From Sphaeroforma arctica JP610 (Eukaryota): a stretch of 34,658 nucleotides of DNA. The position numbers and the translations under genes are program-made. The notes under the pieces were generated by a model. It was not told where the DNA came from, searched no databases, and saw nothing but the letters and a program-made list of their open reading frames with translations. Shown here piece by piece: positions 14,417 through 27,659 of this stretch. The stretch covers positions 18,346 through 53,003 of the forward strand of contig NW_014039905.1 of NCBI RefSeq assembly GCF_001186125.1, given 5' to 3'. How positions within the stretch are numbered: the stretch's first letter is position 1; the number at the start of each line of letters is the position of its first letter.

Positions 14417-17239
14417 GGCCCTATAGTGGGCTGCAACAGAATTTGACTTCAAATATAGCAATGTTTTGCTTAATCTGAACTGTCACCACAACGAGTTGTC
14501 TCCAGGGACAAACTTCAATCGGCATACGCTACTGAAAATTTACACAGATAAAGCAAACTTGATCTTAATGTGACTCTTTCACTGAGTATCATGATTGGCT
14601 ACGTTGCGTATTAGATATACAATTAACTCGCCACAAATCTGGATATGCACCTTTTATTGGAGCATGTGAGAAAACCATGAAAACCCTTCTGAACTGGATT
14701 CAGTTTTTGAGTATCAATATCACCGTTAGGTAAATCACGATTATGTAACAATTGGTTTTGCACTCGAATATCGGTGTAATATATGGGTTTTTATAACTCA
14801 CTGAGTACAATGATACACCTCAAGGTGCAGAAATTCTGAAATATTCAATTTTGCTTTTACTTTTGTAAATAAACACATGTTGTTGGCAGTTTACGATTTG
14901 GGCGTGTAGTAGTCGCCTGAATCGAATATTTAATAACGAAATAGTTTGGCGGAAAGCAATACCTGATGTCGTTGTGTTTAAAAACTATGAAAATCACGAA
15001 ATATTCGGTTTCAACCAGCTAGTAACTCCATTTCATACCTCCAAAGTATCATTTACAGCCTCTCGTGTGAGTGACAAAACACAGCTATGTAATCGAACTT
15101 AATATTCGTTTCCGTTCTAAGATTTGCGCGTAATAACCAACAACATGCATATTTACGTCTATCTAGCTAGGGTAAAATATTGAAGTATTTATTACCCAAA
15201 TTTTCAACCGTATTGGCACACTGAGACATTCCTCAAAATAAATAGCAAATAACTATTGTTTCATCATCTGGGAACAAAGTTTGTCTTTTGTTCTTGTCTT
15301 AACTTCTATTTTCATTGTGCGAACTATTTATTTGCAGGCCGACTTTCAGAATTTGGTACAGTAGCGAATATAACGATGAATTAACTCGACGGCAAGAGTG
15401 TAACTACTTTCAGTTATACAAACTCGACTCGCGGACAATCGATTCGTTTTCAAAGTTCAGGCAATAATACTAATCGAGCAGGGATTCTTAGCCTTGTTGT
15501 GCTATCAACATTGTCATACGTACATAGAGAGACATGCATTAATTCGAATTGTACTGTTCCTTTAGTTGGTGAATTACAAGTTGCAATCCCATTTTTTCTC
15601 TAATTGTTGATAGCTCGTATACTGACATCCCAGCATTTATTAAATTAATGTAAACACATTTTATATTCAAAAATGGAAACTGTGGAATTTCTATCAAAGA
15701 TGGATTCAGCAAATTTCTAACAACTTATATGAAATATTTTCATGTCAAGAACAACTCTTATTATAGATTACAGTGGATGAGCTCATCCGGCAGTTTCTAC
15801 CAGATAGCAACCTTGCGAAGAACGACGATTTTGTACACGATCGTTACCATTTTGAAATAAAAACTTGGTGTCGATGCTAATTTATCGACCTTTATTTGAT
15901 CTGATTTGTCCTCCAGAATCTGTCGACCGCATGATTTGAATCAGATGGCTTTGATCATGTCGAAATCTGACTTCTCAGACTCACTCTCTGTATATATGGT
16001 AAAATCCGGAAAATCCTTGTGAAAGTACTAATCTTTTTACAGGATTTTACCTCACTGACCATGAATTCGAAATGAATACTATCTTCCTCGCTTACTTATA
16101 AAACCTAAGTACCAAGCGCAAATACTTTATGTCATGATTTAGTATCTGTTATGCACTGAAGTCATTGTATTCATGAGTAATTTTTTCCTGCGAAATTGAG
16201 ATGCCTGTCCCCGTACAGAAGTTTATCCTCGCCTGTTGTGATGCCTGTCACTGTACAGAGGATCGTCTACTCTTCATAAAAGTCAACGTTTACGGCAAAT
16301 TCTATCGGGTCAACAGTTCCAACACGTGAACGTTTTCGACAAATTTTATCGAGGCATTTCTATACATCAACGTTTTTGGTTCATATATTTCGTTCAACGT
16401 TTTTTTTTTTTCGCCTCATCCATCTACAGATTCAACATTTTTACAATCCAGAGCTTCAGCATTCAACCTTGCCGTCAGACTTTAGTCTTCAGCCTTTAGC
16501 ATTCAACCCTTGATTGTAAAATTGATGGGGAGTGAGAGACTACAAGAGTAGAAGTGAATTTAAATATGTTAGCAGCGGTTTACGCCTTCAGCCCGAGAAT
16601 AATTTGAGACTTGTTCTCAAATTAATCTATGTATAGGCGGGTCAGCCCGAGAGCGCGTAAAAGTAATTTGAGACTTCTTCTTAGATTATTTTATTAATAG
16701 GCGGACCACCGGACAGCGCTCGAGAGTACGTAACAGAGAAAGTGGTATATTCATTTCTAGAAATACAGAGATGAATGGGTATAGAGATGCAATCGCCGAT
16801 GACGACTGTTTGTGACTAGGAAAAGTCGTACTCGGCTCTGTCCTGTTGCCCTTGAACCCAAAAATCGCCTGGCGCTTATTTTCTAGCAGCACGCGTCTTT
16901 ACCGTGTGTTTGAACTCCCACACGGCTTTTGTGCGCGAATAAAGTGTTCTGTATAAAGTTTCTCATGCTGATCATAGGAGTTTTTACCCTGACCAATTCA
17001 AGTGGTTGAACACTAGTACAAACATCATCAGTATATAACTGAGGGCGAGATCATACATAAATGCAATCGAACGCATCATTCTTTAGAAACACTCCCACTT
17101 TACCTATAACCCATCACTCTACACGCTAACAACTTATCAGGTCCGCCCAACACTCTAACAGTATGATATTATTCTTCTTTCTGTTTGGAACCGATGAAGG
17201 TATGGTACTTTTGTGTGCTGTAAAACTATAGCAAATGCA

Positions 17240-18540
17240 TAATACTTTACAACGCAGAAGATTGGTGTTCGAAATACAGACGTTGAATGGTCTGATCAGG
17301 AAGGAATATGGGTCCTATCTAGTTCGGAAATACACGAACTGGATGGAGTATATGTGTTCCTTTTTTCAGCAGGTCTGCTCCAATTTCATTTAAATTCACT
17401 AACATGGTTTCATGTGATCTTTGTAATCAATAAGCGTGATTTAACTGGTGGACAAACCTATACCGGGAAACCATATCTGACATCTACTTACCTGCGAGGC
17501 TGTGGGGTGTCATGATGCACATTCTCAAATCCCTCGCATTACGTTACAGAATGTCTCATAAATAGCCAAGTCTATTTTAGAAATTCTTTCTGTATACTTT
17601 CTGGCAGTTGTTTTACAAGTGCCGAACAAACTGATGCCGATCAAGTACTGATTTAAGCAGGACGATATATAAGTGACAGGGGCACGGATAGGCACTGCGG
17701 ATATGGTGCGTATCAGATAGTGATAAAACCCCATGTATGCTCTCAGAATTGTACCCGAGGACGACGATCTTTTCTATATAAGATTTCGCCTTACAAAAGT
17801 TGGTAGAAACGCAGTTTTTTATAAGCTATCTATTATGAGACGCATACATATCTTGTATTTGTTAACTAATCTTGCAGATTTGGCATTAATGTTTTAGATC
17901 CGACCAGATTCAGGTGTTGCGTATTCGGCTCGTGTTTGTGGTGTCGGAACCATTAACAAATTTTGCAAGCACGATGCTGATGTCGCCGACATCAAATCAC
18001 AATTTTGTATTATATATAAGTACGTTGTCAAGGAGAAAACCCGCAAATTTTTTTAGGTAGATCACATGGTAGGAAACTATTCGAGAGGTATTCAAGCACT
18101 ATGCGAACTGTATAACAATTCTCCGAAAATCCACTCGAATCGTTTCGTTCGTGTTGACTTATTTTCACCAATAGGGCATGTGCAAGAACATCACATACGA
18201 CTGATCTAATTACCACATGCAAGGCATGACATCAGAAAAACTGATCCAAAGATATGCCGATCGCCACATCTTGAGTGCAAGCGATAAAAATAACGGCTGT
18301 AGGATCTATCTGGCCACCAGAGCAACCCATTTTAAACTCAAGCCTGAGTACGTTAATAAGCTTTGAATGATAAGAGATAGTCTCGCTATAAATGCATATC
18401 AAAAGCTAGAGGCCCAATTGTGAAAAATCTACTACAAATCAAGCATACTTCAAAAACGAATCGGTGTCTATTGAAAACCTCTGGCCAGTTTAGAATATCA
18501 AACGTCTAAATATCATGTTTCAATCATATCTAAATATACT
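17240..18540 (+). pseudogene. Decayed ORF remnant, possibly a tyrosine recombinase of the adjacent retroelement
   Basis: Fragments read by eye across stops and frameshifts: HNTLQ..GLIRKEYGSYLVRKYTNWMEY, LADLALMF*IRPDS (17871-17912), VVKEKTRKFFR, HIKS*RP...MFQSYL. Collinear resemblance to the remnant at 33920-34658 (minus). Confidence 0.3.
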
Positions 18541-18714
18541 ATTTTATATATATGACAATACCCGAGGAATAGCCCGAAGTACGGCTTATGATTTCGAGAT
18601 ACGTTTGCCCTGTTTTCAATACTTTAGTAAAATTGAATCAATTGATACCAATGTAGATGTTTGAGATTAGTTTGCGACCGGCGATGATCAGCAGGGCTTT
18701 TGCAGATGCACTCA

Positions 18715-21700
18715 ACATATTAATGATGCTCGGACTTTCTGAATGCATCTTCGCATTCTGCTGGCCATTAGTCTTTTAGTTTATCTTTGTGTAAACGCAG
18801 GTGTCCAAATGGCTGTAGCAAGTCTGCTAGATCGGGTATTCTATCGAACCCACAAAGACTGTTTGAATCCTTGCCAGTCGTATGAGTGCGCTAGTCTAGT
18901 AAGTGTGTGACTTTTCCAGGGTTTATGCCTATCCATTCTCCAGATATTATATACTCTAGGAGTGATACCTTCCCTCCGTTTGATAAGCCGGCCAAGCGTA
19001 TCCAAAAGAGCAACAAGTCACTCAGTCCTAGTATACATTTGTATTGGGGGGACATATATAACACTGTCATATCGGTTTGAACCATACTGTGACCTAATAA
19101 AGTGATGTTAACATCCTTAGCCTTCTCATATTCTTTGCAGAATTTTAAAGTGATACTTCAATATAAAAGAAAGATAAATTCGAGTAGAAACACGATAAAT
19201 TCGCGAGTCAGGGTCTAATAGACCATTAACTTTATTCCGTTTATATATACTGGTAGTATGACTCGTTTGTCCTTCTCCGCTTTGATTCTTCCCACCGTCG
19301 CCACTCGATATCAGGGCTTCTTCGAAAGCTCTCCGTCCCTAGGAGCCTTGGAGGACGAGCTTTGGTTTTGATTATGGCCAGATGGACATGAGTTCATAGC
19401 ATATACTCCGTAGTTCTACATACGCTCCGAACAGATAGTGCATTGTCCACACGAGTCTGTGTGCTTTCCGTAGAAGCTCTGTTCCCTTTAGTTCTGGTAT
19501 ACAGTGACATAGCTAACGCACTCTGCATGCTTTTTTTGACGAGCTTTTGGCTCGTCTTTTGGTCTTTTCTGGCCACCACTACGGCAATCAGAAAGTTGCC
19601 ATTTTTGTGGGTGATTCTGTCTCAGACCACTCTTCTCTCTGCAGTCGGTCATGGGCTCTGAAGCCTTGTTCCCGAATCGAGGGAAGTTTGTTCACCCGTC
19701 GCCCGTGTACGCTTGTACAAGTGAGTTCTACGGCACATTGGTCAACTTCACGGGCTTGGGGGTTCAATATTTTGCTTTAGCCATTTGCACTCCGTCTACC
19801 GGGCTGTCCTGTTCACCATGCTCGAGATATTGTGCATAAACACAATTTCTAACATACGTCAATGTTCAAGGACTCACGGCTCTCTGCACATCTTGTTAAG
19901 CTTATTTGTCATGGACGATATGTTCGTCTTTAAAGACAAGGAACAATCGCCGCACTTCAACAAGATTGCTAAGGATAATATAATTCATTTCAATTTGGGG
20001 TAAATTGGCTTCATATTCGTTGGAGAAGTTTCGTAAAGATTGAAAGGAAGTTAAGCTTGTCGAACTGCCGCGAGAATCTCGGAACGAGTGATGCGACGAT
20101 GGAGGACATATGGTGTGTTGATTTGTGCTGATGAATAAAAACCACTTGTACCATTGGGTGGAAGCTATTTGAAATCATGCGCCATTGTGTGGAATATAGC
20201 TGGCCCACACTCGTAATAGTAATCTGAGCTAGGTCAGTATAAAAATTTCCGGAAGCATTGAATATGTTACTAAGAAGGATACGGTTATCGTCCTCAATTC
20301 TGTTTCGGAATCCGAAATTCTCATTGCTAGCGTTGGTATACGTGCGTCAGCACTTAAATGCTGTTGCACCTGTTCGTAAACCTTTTGAGGGTTTCATATT
20401 CTCTCAGCATGCTCACCTCCATTTGTACTAGGGTGTTTTACAGTGCACTGTAGTCTTCCTCTATAGGAAGGCTAGCAGCATTCCATATATCTCGCATAAA
20501 TAAGATCGACTTTGGAGTCGTGTGTGGCAGCGAGATAGTTAATTTAGCCAGTGCTCCTTGTTCGCGCTCTTTTGGGTCTTTAGACGAATAGCTGGTTCTT
20601 ATTTTACCGCTTTCCACGGGAGCGGGTTTCTGATCGGAGTATTCCGCGATTTGTATGTGCATGTGGTTCACATGTTCAGGAATTTCGTTGCGATCAAACG
20701 CGTCTCTACATTGATTACACGCCTCTTTATATTCTTTCGATCTTTTTTCGTACCAACGTTTTGGTCATTCTTGATGCTGAGAGTTGCTACGAGACTCGCA
20801 TTTATTCGCTGTCCAGGAAGACCTAGAATGTACATTCAGCTTTGGCAGCGGGTTACCCGAGTCATTGACCCCTGTCGTGAACAACCGTGAATGCAATCTT
20901 TCACGACCCAAGTTGATTGCCTCATCTACGGTATGCTATGTATCTTGCGTGTGACTTATGTGATAGATCGGGTCAGGGTGAGGTTCTGGAGTGTTCCAAG
21001 CGGAAGTTGGCTTCTAGAGCACTTCCGTACATCACAATCACACGATGAGGCTGGGAACTAATCATGTGGGTACTTCCTTCATATCATAAGCTTCTAAAGG
21101 TTTAGCTGCCTGTGAATCAAGTCATTACCTTTTGTTCGGCTGTGTAATCGAGCGTGAAGATACTTGAATAGCTTGCGCTGGAGTTTCTTTCTTTCTCTTC
21201 TCGAATTGTGCTTTGCGACTTGCTGGGTTATACTCAGCATCTAGATTCTGAATCAGTATCCGATCACGTACACACGATTCACGATCTCAACCTGCTGTGT
21301 TATATCTTTCTAGTTGTCATGTACAGATTTCTTTTTCATGTTCTTCATGGTCGGTCTTTTCGAGGCGTTCTATATCGTGTTGTATCGGTCTAGTTCTTCT
21401 TCTTGTGTATCGTCAAGGACGTCATTAATGATATTCTGCTTGTAAGATCCCGACTCGAGTACGAGAGATGGAGGTTTCGTAGGAAACTCTTGTTACACTT
21501 CCTTTTCAGGTTGGCTGTCTCTGGTAGCCACCTCCTTTGTAGAAGATTCAGTGCCGGCCTGTGTAGGTGGCCGGTACTTTTCAGCGCGTCCATCGCTGTA
21601 TCACAACTGAGCGATTCCATTTCTTCTTGAGTGACAGCTCGGACTTTCTAAACTTCAAGAAGATCAGCATCCTCATCAAAATACTCTTTTAAAGATTGAG
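18715..21700 (-). mobile_element. Decayed, internally deleted retroelement (gag - protease - RT thumb/connection), same family as 25714-30435; upstream boundary approximate
   Basis: DKRVILPVYING/KVNGLLDPDSRI (19271-19200) and AKDVNITL..VQTDMTVLYMSPQYKCILGLSDLL match the protease at 27660-27990. LLEYIISGEWIGINPGKVTHLLD*RTHTTGKDSNSLCGF..DRIPDLADLLQPFGHLRLHK matches LLDYRISGEGIKIDPGKVEHLLDWRTPTTGRDVNNMCGF..DGVPHLADYLKLFGHLRCHK. Gag-like GKHTDSC at about 19455. Confidence 0.82.
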
Positions 21701-22314
21701 TATTTGAGCAATCTTTCGAGTGTGGTAGACGAAACTTCTGTAGTGCTTCTTTTTTATAGGCGTCTACATCAAATTTATCCTCCTTCTTCTGGTTTCAGCA
21801 TCTGCTATACCTTGTGGCTTTCTAGCTGTATATCTATCCGTGCCACCAATAACATCGCCCAAGCCAACATCCTCCCCATTCAACCTCTCCATAGCTACTA
21901 CAGCGGTTACTAACTCAGCCCCCCACTCATCCAAACAATTCTACGGAAACCAATCTTGTAAAGATTTTGTGCTGCAGTACGCGCAAATATCTGTTTATTC
22001 CCTACCAAGCCACTCGCCTCCTGGTAGACACAGCTCATATATCATCTACAATCCCATTTTAAGATCATCCCCTCCTCACCTGGCATCTTCATTCGCCGGC
22101 AACCCGATGGCACCCAGGAATTCGTCACCAGCCCTCCATGGCTATATACTCGGGTCGCCATCTTTGGCTTCATCGCCAACGCCATATCAATTCCCCCGCT
22201 ATACTCTGACTGCGATAGAAAAATACCTTCTGTACACTGTCAAACCTTCCTGCACATGCATTTTCTGCGCCAATGGAAATATGTGCAAACATCCAATCAG
22301 TAACCACCCTAGCA

Positions 22315-22641
22315 ATATAATTGGTGCCTGAACCAGAAACTCGGGATTTGGGTATCATGGGGTTCTGGGTCTAGTTTTGGTTTTTTGATGATTGTCATTT
22401 CTAGTATCAATATACTATATATCTTTTATTTCACGAGACTCAGATTTTCACGAGTTTTTTTTTGTCCTCGTGGGAGCCTCCGGATAGGTAGCCGGTGATC
22501 CCGTCATAATTCTGATGACTCTAATATCAGGAATATTTATATAATTGGTGCCTGAACCAGAAACTCAGGATTTGGGTATCATGGGGTTCTGGGTCTAGTT
22601 TTGGCTTTTTGATGATTGTCATTTCTAGTATCAGTATACTA
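22315..22641. repeat. 103-bp direct repeat (22315-22417 and 22539-22641), 3 mismatches
   Basis: ATATAATTGGTGCCTGAACCAGAAACTC...CTAGTATCA(A/G)TATACTA twice, 224 bp apart. Confidence 0.92.
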
Positions 22642-22822
22642 CAACCCCCCAGCTCCCACCAAGGAGCCTGTGATCCTCTTTCTTACACTTGAATTTGTAA
22701 GCTAACCTACTTTCTCGTGCTATCTAATTTACTATACTCTGAAAAATTGTCGTTACCTCAAATACTATTCTTCCAATCGTTAGGTTATATATTTTTAAGT
22801 TACATAAAACCAGCTGAGAGAG

Positions 22823-23350
22823 NNNNNNNNNNNNNNNNNNNNNNNNNNNNNNNNNNNNNNNNNNNNNNNNNNNNNNNNNNNNNNNNNNNNNNNNNNNNNN
22901 NNNNNNNNNNNNNNNNNNNNNNNNNNNNNNNNNNNNNNNNNNNNNNNNNNNNNNNNNNNNNNNNNNNNNNNNNNNNNNNNNNNNNNNNNNNNNNNNNNNN
23001 NNNNNNNNNNNNNNNNNNNNNNNNNNNNNNNNNNNNNNNNNNNNNNNNNNNNNNNNNNNNNNNNNNNNNNNNNNNNNNNNNNNNNNNNNNNNNNNNNNNN
23101 NNNNNNNNNNNNNNNNNNNNNNNNNNNNNNNNNNNNNNNNNNNNNNNNNNNNNNNNNNNNNNNNNNNNNNNNNNNNNNNNNNNNNNNNNNNNNNNNNNNN
23201 NNNNNNNNNNNNNNNNNNNNNNNNNNNNNNNNNNNNNNNNNNNNNNNNNNNNNNNNNNNNNNNNNNNNNNNNNNNNNNNNNNNNNNNNNNNNNNNNNNNN
23301 NNNNNNNNNNNNNNNNNNNNNNNNNNNNNNNNNNNNNNNNNNNNNNNNNN
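22823..23350. other. Assembly gap (528 N)
   Basis: Run of N. Confidence 1.
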
Positions 23351-23499
23351 ATATATATAACTGACATTCATTTTCACTTATGTGCTAATTAGACACAATA
23401 CTTAAGTTTTGATGTACATGTTAATGTATAGTCACTAAACCACCTTTTTATTGACACTTAAGTGTCAAGCCTCAGTAGCTTCATTTCTCAGCATGTCTT

Positions 23500-25700
23500 C
23501 TATGAAAGCCACGCTTAAGAAAAGTAAACCCACAAACTCAGCAAAAAGAAATCAAAGACTTAGATTCTAAAGTTCCATATTAACCGATGAGGTATTTTCC
23601 TGAAGTAGGAGAAAAATGCCGATGCTACTAGTTGAACTAAGAACAATACCGTTGTAGCAACTTCAGAAGTTACTTTAGATCAGCCTATGAATTTAGATAT
23701 AAACTTAGAAGAACGAGGAGGAACCTGAATCCATTGTCTTTAGAGACATACTCTTTAGATCTGAAGGATAAAGAATGTGCTATCACTAGAGTTACTGAAA
23801 GCTTTACATCCATCAGCGGATACTCTTGCTAATAAGCATGATGTAGAGCAAATATAGAATCCTCAAACTCCTAATATTTATCGAAGATAGATTAGATATG
23901 CTGCAAAGTGCAGTGGAGCAGTTTACTGCTGAAGTACAGCACATATTCCTGCCAAAACTACACGTGAACTTGAGAGTTCACAACAAAAGAAGAAGGTATA
24001 TTCCAATCTAGCTTAAGGGCATGGAGAATCACCACCGGTCAAAGCAACGAAGTAGTTCAATACCAGCTAGTGATGAGTCATAATCAGATACTTGATACTT
24101 AGAACCTGGAGCATCTTATACATTGCTTCCGGGTTAAAAGTTCAGGGTTTAGGGTTTCTATTTCTAAAATCAAGCATCCATATGTTCAGGATAGATGACA
24201 AGCTAAAGATTTTGCTGAAGATCTTCAAGAGTTCAGACATACCCATTTACGTGATAGTTCATACGAACATAGTGGACACTCAGATGAATCACTAGGTACA
24301 ACTTACAATAACGTATACAGACTAGAGTTTTTCCAAACACTGCAACTTCACAAACTAGGCACTCAAGTGTTTCCGTAAGCAATGCAGTACATGGTATACC
24401 AATAATGTCAATAGGAGTACTCCTTATTTATATACCTAATGACAGGGAACAGTATCTTCCTGATTCATCGTTACAAGTACGAGCCTGCTTAATTGAGATA
24501 ATACTCTCTTGCAAGAGACGTCTACGAAATACACAACGGTTATTCACATGCTGAAGCAGTGGCTAAGAATGTTCATATGTATTTGCACAACATCTCACAA
24601 ATGACGAAGCAACGCACAGGTCACTCAAGTGATCGTGGTTGGGCACGAACTGTGAAAGACAGAGAAGAGGTTTTACCTAAACCGAAAACTTATTGGAAGA
24701 GTATTCGGGCTGATTTGTCTATTATTTTCATAGAGTCTTAAACGATAACTATTTTGAGTGAAGAGTCGCGTCAAGAGCTTTAGTAGCTGAAAGCAACAAG
24801 GGAACTATTATCCGCGGAGCTAAACATAGTCTTTTAGAAGTCAGGAATGCAAATAAAATCTTTAACATAGTCAAATAATTGTTTTGTTACGGCAAGCGCA
24901 TGCCGCTTCTATCAAGCATGATCGATAGTGGGAACTTAAAACGATTCCATAAAGACCTTCGTATTAGGCCACGACGATCGTTTATTTCAGCTCTCTAAAG
25001 ATCCATGGGCCACAGGGCACAGATGTAATGTTTATGCATATGATTTTAAATTTAAGACATGAATGATTCAAAGGGTTGAAAACTGAAACTGAAAAACCGA
25101 CTTCAAACTTAGCAGATCTTGATTGGGAAGTATTCGTAAAGGGTTTTATAGTCGAAGAGTGGATATCGCGCCGACTTGTGGAGTTTAACATAAAGTCTTC
25201 AGAAACTACAAGCTACGCTATCAGGCCAAACGCAAACTACAGACCAGCTAGTGGTGGTATGTATCATAAAGTTCATGCACATTGCACATTTAACTCGAGA
25301 ACGAGATACACAGAAGCCAGCTGGCCATACAGACCAGCACCAGCACCAGCCGCAGCATAAAGGTTTTAAAGCCAGTTATACAGTATGTGTTGAGTGTGAA
25401 TCCGTGGTTCACCAAAAGCAAGTTCAAGTAGAACTTTGGAAGTGTACTAGTTGCAAGATAACACTGAATACAATTCTCATCTTGCAATAGTATCTAAAGG
25501 ATATCTATAAAGGCTCGGCCCTCGCAAAATGAGAGAGTAAAGATGGTAACAAGCATTGATATCATGTGGCGACGGTTGGCCGTATAACGTCTGAAAATAA
25601 TGAACGTATTATATCACCTGTAAATTGAAACGGAATGAAATCAATGGTAGACGCAGGATCTCAAATTTCTTGTTTATTTCAAATGTATGGAACAAGTGTG
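23500..25700 (+). mobile_element. Decayed retroelement (gag remnant plus start of aspartic protease), truncated where it meets the 3' end of the minus-strand element; upstream boundary approximate
   Basis: NNERIISPVN*NGMKSMVDAGSQISCL (25596-25676) parallels DERVIIPVYCNVNKVLALIDPGSEISCI. It is preceded by Cys-rich VCVECES..H..WKCTSCK at about 25385-25460 and by stop-riddled hydrophilic frames. Confidence 0.65.
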
Positions 25701-25713
25701 ACATCGAAATATT

Positions 25714-26331
25714 TTAGGGTATTTTGGTTGTTCCAATGGGACCTATACGACATATTATAGTATGTCTCCAGGGCGTCTTCTGGACGGCTCGGGTACCCTG
25801 ATATAGGAAAGTATCTACTTCCCTATTTAAATATACTGGCTCGCATTGTATCATGCTTATTAATGTATTGAGCCATGGATCTTTACTCCGTAATGGGCAA
25901 CACAACGTGATGGTAGCTTTATGTATATGAACATAATTTAGTAATTGGGCAATTAACTGCCATGGTGGATTAGCCCACGCATTATGTTCGGAGAGGTTTA
26001 GTTGAAAGGCATATCCCAAAGGATGATTTAAAGTCCTGTAATTCTTAAGTTGTGCATTATGATGTCCAGCAAACATGTCAACTGTATGTGACCCAAATAT
26101 CTTTTGAGCCAGTTCAAACCACCTGGGGTTAGATTTCCAATCAGTGGCTAGTAACTCACGTACGGATTTATTAAAGTCCATTACGAAGCGTGATAACATA
26201 TCCGGTAAATGGTTATGTATCCCTGGTAGATGTTTGATATCAAAATGAAACTTTGATATTGTATCATCCCATCGGCTCAGTAATTGAGAGTCTGGCTTCA
26301 CTTCCTTCATATATTGAAGGGACTTCTGATC
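25714..26331 (-). pseudogene. RNase H C-terminus fused to a Dam-like DNA amino-methyltransferase domain
   Basis: Same frame as RT, separated only by a TGA inside the RNase H (FTLM*DQKSL, where TDH-like is expected). LSRW..ISKFHFDIKHLPGIHNHLPDMLSR ends RNase H. Then DW..NPRWF..FG.HTVDMFA..NAQL (26082-26068), AF..L, WANPPWQLI (NPPW 25971-25960) and TLCCP..PW, the pattern of the retroelement-borne MT domain. Confidence 0.88.
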
Positions 26332-27561
26332 TCACATCAGCGTAAAAGCTGTTCCGTATAAGTAATCGCGGAAGTGTGTTAAAGCTGCTACTATGACTAG
26401 TAGCTCTTGCTTCACAGTTGGATAATTCAACTGTGAAGCATTCATTGCTCGGCTAGAGAATTGTATATACCTAGGTTTATTATCTATAACCTGGTATAGT
26501 ACACCTCCGAGTGCTAAGTCTGATGCGTCTGTTGCTATTTCAAAAGGCACGCCATCGACTGGTCCTTGTACAACGGGGGCTTGTTGGACTGCGTGCTTGA
26601 GCGCTTTAAATGCGTCATCACACTCTTTAGTCCACAAGTCTCCTAGTTTGCTTTTATGACATCTTAAGTGTCCAAAGAGCTTAAGATAATCAGCCAAGTG
26701 TGGTACACCATCTGAAAAGAAGTTTACAAACCCACACATGTTGTTCACATCTCTTCCTGTAGTTGGTGTTCGCCAATCTAACAGGTGTTCCACCTTACCG
26801 GGGTCGATTTTAATACCTTCCCCAGATATACGGTAGTCTAAGAGCTGTATTTCGCTCATGGCGAAGTGACATTTCTTCTCGTTAATCTTGAAGTTTTGTT
26901 CGTTGAGTCTCTTAAGGACTCGCCTGACTAATGTGGCATGTTCGCTCTTAGTCTTTGAAAAAATGACTATGTCATCTATATAAGCTTGCACGTTAGGCAT
27001 GTCTGCAAACATTTCCTTCATTACTTGTTGGACGAATGCTGGTAAGGAGTGCAACCCGAAAGGTGCACCTCTAAACCTGTATTGTTTACCTTTCCAGGTA
27101 AAACTAAAGTACTTACGATGGGGTTCATAAATTTGCATTTGATGATACCCCTGTATTAGGTCTATGGATGTAAACACCGTAGCACTTTCCATTCGTCTCA
27201 GTAACTCGTTTATACGAAGGAGATGGAAACTATGAGTCGGCAATAACTTATTTATTGGACTCATATCTAGACATACTCTGACTTTCTTAAATGTTTCGTC
27301 AGAGTTGTCTTGATCAACTGCCAATAAGGCTAAGTTAACTGGCATTTGTTGGCAATTTATTTCGATTACCCCATCGGATAACCATTTCTCAACTTGTTCT
27401 TTTACCACAGCCTCGTGTCTCCAGGATACATAGTTCCTTGAGGGGCACTTCAACTGTGTAAAGTCCATCTTGGCTAAGTCAAGGCTGACATATCCGTCGT
27501 CAAAGCGGAACTTTGCCCAATCCGTGATCTTTATCTTCTTATTTACTAGAATCAGATCCAT
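26332..27561 (-). pseudogene. Reverse transcriptase plus RNase H (Ty3/gypsy type)
   Basis: RT motifs RVCLD..PIN, SIDLIQGYHQ, YRFRGAPFGL, YIDDIVIFS (26982-26971) and KINEKKCHF. RNase H motifs TDASDLALGGVLYQ (TDAS 26532-26521) and SRAMNASQLNYPTVKQELL. Confidence 0.95.
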
Positions 27562-27659
27562 AATTTTGTCCGCAAAGTCAGGTATTAATGCCTTGACTGT
27601 GTCTGACGGGGGCTTATATGGTTTCAGACAGTTATCGTCTGATTGATCCTTTAATGGAT

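Noticed and set aside
16865..16945. tRNA/SINE-like element (hairpin CCGTGTG..CACACGG with GTTTGAAC)
   Set aside because: No cloverleaf, and A/B boxes do not fit consensus sequence or spacing.
17485..17630. U1 snRNA-like start (TACTTACCTG), an ATGATGCAC loop and an Sm-like ACTTTCTGG
   Set aside because: No AUUGCAC stem-loop II or convincing cloverleaf and 3' stem. ACTTACCTG is simply the reverse complement of a consensus splice donor. An Infernal U1 search would settle it.
22322..22350. TGGTGCC... as a tRNA primer-binding site
   Set aside because: Only about 7 contiguous nt resemble a tRNA 3' end, it lies inside rather than after the repeat, and no TG..CA LTR pair was found.
22717..23377. 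190-217 aa ORFs spanning the N run
   Set aside because: Artefacts of the assembly gap.
23451..23468. Perfect 18-bp palindrome TTGACACTTAAGTGTCAA (and a 20-bp AT-rich one at 34410-34429)
   Set aside because: One or two such palindromes are not very improbable in 35 kb of AT-rich DNA, and neither recurs at other element copies.
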